The notes beneath the pieces are model-generated. The model made no database searches. It was not told where the DNA came from and saw nothing but the letters and a program-made list of their open reading frames with translations. From the NCBI RefSeq assembly GCF_009914755.1, contig NC_060932.1: 64,000 bases of DNA; one strand, 5' to 3'. Positions 60,928-64,000 of this stretch are shown here, piece after piece. The DNA comes from the human T2T-CHM13v2.0 reference genome, Homo sapiens. Both the position numbers and the translations under genes were made by a program. The first letter of the stretch is position 1; every line of letters starts with the position of its first letter.

Positions 60928-61649
60928 AATGGAGCACCAAAATCCCACAGGGTCTTTCCAGGAAGAACTCTTGACATGTCCCTCATCACTCCTGTCTATG
61001 TCAACCAGCTTGGACACAGATCTACACATGCATGGATCAATGACTAGCATTTCTGAGGTGGAAGCTAGGGCCCACAGCACACTATATAAAAATAAGACTA
61101 GGAGGCACACCTAACCATTCCAACGTCCATGTTCTTCCCCACTGTGCAGCCCTCACATCTACATTCTCTCCTTTAGCTCCCTCACCTCATTATATGACCT
61201 TAACAATCCTGCTGGTAAAGGCAGTCCCCAACCCACAAGCATATAATCTTCCAAAGTTTGCCTGGAGATTTATTTAACTTAAAGCTCGTTTTCCTAGATA
61301 AACGCTACTAACAGCATTTCTCTCTTAATAGCATTCTGTTAAGAAGCTCCCAGGCTGGCCTCCAATCTGAAACCCATTTAAACCACAATGCAGCTACTAC
61401 TAGTTTGGGAAAACACTAGCCCTTCACATCTGCATAAACGCCAAACAGCTGAACACCAGTTAGGACTTTGTTTCCATGTGTCTAAAAGAAACAAAGGTGT
61501 TGCTCTTCCTACTTGATTCTGGCTAGTACCACCTCAGTCTCAAATCAGAAGAGGATAAGGACTGGGGAAGAAAATGAAAGTAAGTTTACCCCTTTCTAAA
61601 ATGTGAAGAAAAGGAAGCGGAGGTGATGCCACCAGGCATTGGGGTGAAT

Positions 61650-62430
61650 CTCATGAGAAGATGCTCAACATCATTAGTCTTTAGCGAGATGCAAATCAAA
61701 ACCACAATCAGATACCACTTCATAGTCGTTAGGACACCTATGATCAAAATGCTGGTGAGGATATGGAGAAATTGGAACCCCCTTGCGTTGCTGGTGGAAA
61801 TGTCAAGTGGTGCAGCAGCTATGGAAAACAATTCTGTGGTTCCTCCAAGAGATAAACATAGAATTGCCATATGATCAAGCATTCCACTCTTATACCCCCA
61901 AAAGCAGAAAATAGAGACTCCAAGAAATCTGTACATCCATGTTCACAGCAGCAGTATTTACAATAACCAAAAAGTGGACACCATCAAAGGTGTCAGTGGC
62001 CACCACTGACAGATGAGTGGATAAACAAAATGTGATCTATACATGCAGTGGAATATTATTCAGCCATAAAAAAGAATGAAATTCTGTTACATGCTGCAAC
62101 ATGGCTGAACCCTGAAAATATTATAAGTAAAAAAAAAAAAAAAAAAAAAAACCAGAAAAGGACAAATATTGGATGATTCCACTTACATAAAGCACCTGGA
62201 GTAGTCAAATGAATAGAGACAGAAAGTCAATTCGAGGTTACCAGGGGCTGGGGCAGGGGAACATGGGGAGCTATTGTTAAATGGGTACAGTTTCTGTGTG
62301 GGATGATGAACAAGTTCTGAAAATACTGGTGATAGTTACACAACTTTGTGAATGTACTTTATGCCACTGAACCGTACACTCAAAACTGGTTGAAAACGTA
62401 AATTTCATGTTATATATATTTTACCATAAT
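61650..62430 (+). mobile_element. L1MB-like 3' fragment
   Basis: agatgctcaacatcattagtc...gaatattattcagccataaaaaagaatgaaattctg...gaatgtactttatgccactga. Confidence 0.88.
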
Positions 62431-63267
62431 TTTTTTTTTAAAGCAACACCACAAATTAGAAGAGTCAGAGCTAATGGCTTCACCTTTGGATACCTCAACC
62501 TTCCCAATCTACAGAATAGGAGAAAAATACCGTACCACCTCCGGGATCCTGAAACTTCAGGCTGCATCATGAGTATCTGAGACCTCAAATGCTAAATCCT
62601 CAAATGTAAAGGGTCTACACGACAGCATGCATCACGCCCTACACACCTGCCAGGTGGAAGCTTTTCTAAGCTAGATGGTCGCACAGAAAGCAGCCATGTG
62701 TACATATGAACAAGTTTCCTAAGTTTGCAAGTTCTTTGTTAAAATCTTCAATGAAATTCTCACTCTATTAACTTAACTATCATAAAAGAGACATTATATC
62801 ATAGAAGAGTAAAATTATCATAGTAACCACAGCAAGTATGCTGACAAAGATGTTTTCGATGTAGCTGTTTAGAATAAATTACTAGGACAAACATCTGGAC
62901 CCATGGCCACCAGGCACTGGGCAAACAGAGCTCAGGTACAGTCTCCTGGTGAGGCAGCCTGGCCAACCTGGGTTACCCCAGTGGGCGCCTAAAAATAAAA
63001 GTGACAAGACACACAGCCCGATACTGAGTCGCATGACTACGCAGGCATTTCAGAGTGAAGTCAAGGTGCTTAGGTTCCTACTGGGCCGCCAAGCCATTCA
63101 GCACCAGCGCCGGTCCCATCTGCAGGCAAAGAATGACACAACTACCTCTTCATGGAATATTCCCAGTCAAAGCCCACTTAATAACGAGGTCCTTCTGCAG
63201 GGTTAAACAAACCTCAGTTAGAATGCAGCATGGTGCTGAGTGGTCTTTCAAACTTGCTTGTATTTAC

Positions 63268-63865
<598 letters not shown>

Positions 63866-64000
63866 TCAGATACAAGGCTTACATAAAGAAAGCATTCAAT
63901 AAATGTTGACTGTAAATTAGATTTTCCTTGCTATTAAACATTACTCATAGGTGACGATGAGTGATATTTAATCACTATTAACAACTGTTTTCCTATCTAA

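Overview
Primate, almost certainly human, genomic DNA (about 30 Alus including AluY-like copies, plus THE1/MST/MLT1, MER4-group and other ERV1 LTRs, L1M, L2, MIR and MER DNA transposons). The whole window lies inside the MTUS1 gene (microtubule-associated scaffold protein 1 / ATIP) on the minus strand. I resolved five GT-AG exons of the long ATIP3 isoform: 43119-40875 (154 nt 5'UTR plus 2091 nt CDS), 30958-30763, 10986-10825, 3054-2920 and a 39-nt micro-exon at 405-367. They splice into one continuous frame. An alternative coding first exon of the ATIP4 type (9054-8865) encodes a transmembrane segment. The upstream non-coding exon, its promoter and the C-terminal coiled-coil exons lie outside the window. 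Main observations: (1) a 121-bp, ~97% identical direct repeat brackets the in-frame cassette exon 4, a ready substrate for a 1127-bp exon deletion; (2) an LTR boundary creates a cryptic acceptor with an immediate stop 21 nt upstream of exon 3; (3) an AATAAA abuts the exon 3 donor; (4) uORFs precede both start codons; (5) an ERV1 LTR contains a THE1 LTR and a tailless 5S copy; (6) a candidate unidentified 3'UTR retrocopy; (7) back-splicing potential for exons 2-3. I see no evidence of a wholly new gene system. Most short ORFs in the track are Alu/LTR artefacts.
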